Source: Camelus ferus (lineage: Eukaryota). Taken from it: a stretch of DNA of 64,000 nucleotides. The notes under the pieces were generated by a model. The model was given only the letters and a program-made list of their open reading frames with translations. It searched no databases and was not told the DNA's origin. The stretch's first letter is position 1, and each line of letters starts with the position of its first letter. This document shows, one piece after another, positions 61,759-64,000 of this stretch. A program made the position numbers and the translations under genes. The stretch covers positions 116,500,001-116,564,000 of the forward strand of contig NC_045697.1 in the NCBI RefSeq assembly GCF_009834535.1, given 5' to 3'.

Positions 61759-62963
61759 ATCCTTCATGAATTTATGCGACTTGTGGGGTGGCTCCAATCC
61801 CCATTTACAGCAGATGAGGAGGAATTCAGGTGATTCCAGCCAATCCCGGTCTAACTCTCCCAACACCAGTCACTCCAAGACCACAACTGGATTTCAAGTG
61901 ATCTCAGAAGTAACAGAACCTGAGCTGTGGGGAAAACAAGTTGTTTTCTTTTTTTCTTTCCTGATTAAAAGGAGACATGACAGCCTGGCATTGGCTAATT
62001 ATTTTTATTCATTAGCATCCAACTGCATAATATATTCTTACGTTTTCTTTCCAATACAATGACTTTTTTTTGAAGTTAAAATCTGGCAGCAGACAACCAA
62101 CAGTTAAAAATTATGATAAATGCAGGAGGGGAAAAGATTTGAAGTGAACTCTAAAGCCTCTTAAACACTAAAAAATCTGTTTTTGATAATCACTGTAAAG
62201 AAAAAAGTGTCAAGGTAACTAATTTTATCTACTTGTAAACAGTATACTAAAAACCATAATATTGGGAATAATTTTTTAAACCACAGTTAAACCCTTCGCC
62301 TATCCTAAATCTTGAAAAAAATGATAAAGGTATCACAGGAGAGCCCAGTTCCACTGTTCAAATACAGTATTACCATTATTCAAAAGAACATTTAATTATT
62401 AAATATTTAGCAATATATTTAACATTTAATAATGCTTCATTATTTATTATTAAACATAAATTTATGATGCACTGTAGTTTAGTGTATGAAGTTACCATTT
62501 GCTTCTGAAACTGCTGATTTGGTGTCAGACAACACTAATTCTATTGCTTATACAGTGACTGATTTTCTCAAAAATATCTGGAACTGGATCATCTGATTTC
62601 CTCCTGGGGGCTGGAAAGTAAAAGTCATGACCTTCACCCCCTTTCTGAAAACAAATCTGGAACTTTAGAGATTTAAACACTTAGACATCTTGGCTGGATT
62701 CTGGTGGAGAAGTGAGGTCAAAAGTCCACTGAACTCCGGACATGTCAAAATCACACCAGTGGTGCGCCTGCGTCCGTGTCTGATGCCAGCAGTGCTAACA
62801 CTGGGCCATGAAAATGGCGATGACTGAAACATCTGAGGAAGATGGAAATGGTGATTTTGGTGGGATTTGGCTAACATTTGGCCCAAGAATGATTTCAGCT
62901 AAATTAAGAGTAGGGCAGACAGCACCCCGCTCCTTTGACATTACAAAATAACATAGAGCATAC

Positions 62964-63406
62964 TGTGGGTGAAGAATGTCACCGGCCACCGCTGTAAACA
63001 AAGGACGTTGCTGCCATCAAGCCCTCAGCCACAGCAGCCCCCCCCCCCCTCGCCCCAACCTGAGAAAACAGGACACGGGCCCTAGATAGTTAAGGTGCAC
63101 ATGAAAGGGATGATTTTAATGAGCCCAGACTCCTGCATCTTCCCATACACAGAAAAGTGCTAAATTCATTAACTTGAGATATCTGGTTTTCTCTAATTAG
63201 CAGTAATCTCGTGATGCTCCGACTGCATGGGGGTTTTCTGCACAACTCCTGTATCTCCTGGCTCCTCCCTACCTCTTGGGAGCAGTCCCTCAGAGAGATC
63301 TGGGAGGCTGTCTCTTGGGCTTACGTTCTCAGCAAGCCTGCCAAATAAAAGGTAATTCTCAACTTTTAGGGTGTGCACTTTTTTTTTTTTTTTTTTTTAG
63401 TTGACA
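62964..63406 (+). mobile_element. ERV (class I-like) LTR followed by internal leader sequence running to the window end, antisense to ETFDH in intron 1
   Basis: TG...TTGACA termini, AATAAA at ~63344, TTCTCAACTTTTAGG..TGCA..T-run, then a degenerate PBS-like TTTGGGGATCAC. Confidence 0.65.
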
Positions 63407-64000
63407 GCTTTGGGGATCACACAGAGACCCAGAGCAGACCTCTCTCCTTCGCCTGAACTCTGTGAGGGTCTGGAGCCTGGTATCAGCAGAGGCCTCTTAG
63501 GCCCATTCGCCGCCTCACAGGGTCCAGACAAATCTGCATGAGTCTCTCCTGGTTCTCAGTTCTCCTGATTATTGGCTGATGATGCTAAGTTTCACCTGGT
63601 GGTGTCTAACAGGTACCTGGCTCCCCATTTGAAAGACACTGGGAGTTGCTGAACAATCCGGCCTGGGTGACTAAGTGAGAAGCTGGCGTAACATCTCTGC
63701 CTCCAGTTAACAATCCAGCCAGGTTCCCGTATGCACAAGACTTACACTTACAAGTACTTACTTAATTAGGAAATAAAGGAAATCTTGCCTGAAAATGACT
63801 AACATGGGGGGGAGTCTTTTATTGCATATGCAGTTAAGTTAGGGAAAGTGGGCTTGATAAAACATCTTTTCAGAACTCTGATCTTAAAGAAACAAAAGCC
63901 CTTCTTGAGGGGAACTTGCATTTCTCCTTTTGTGTCTTTGAGATGTAAATGATTTACCTGATCATACTCAGTGTTTTGTGTGTATGTGTTCCAAGAACCT

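Noticed and set aside
58243..64000. ETFDH exon 1
   Set aside because: No MLVPLAKL-like coding start or CpG island was found, so it presumably lies beyond the window.

Overview
This is mammalian genomic DNA, most likely a camelid (alpaca, llama or camel), judged from about 10 copies of a tRNA-derived SINE matching the camelid Vic-1 family. It is not prokaryotic. The window holds the complete 10-exon PPID gene (cyclophilin 40; + strand, CDS 26677-37255, 1113 nt, 370 aa). Convergent with it are exons 2-13 of ETFDH (ETF-ubiquinone oxidoreductase; - strand, 58242 down to the stop at 38061); exon 1 was not found and presumably lies beyond the right edge. A CpG island at the left edge is by synteny probably the FNIP2 promoter flank. 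The rest is intergenic or intronic DNA with L1, L2, MIR, Tigger1, piggyBac-like and ERV-LTR relics. I found no clearly new biological system. The most notable observations are: a 5x20-bp tandem array of ETS/GABP sites in the PPID promoter; a 33-nt copy of ETFDH last-exon sequence inside PPID intron 9; an extreme exon-to-exon GC3 patchwork; three TSD-bounded retro-insertions carrying non-element cargo; and a speculative chain of + strand exon-like segments between the left CpG island and PPID. Exon coordinates were counted by hand. Repeat boundaries and family names are approximate and recalled from memory, not from a search.
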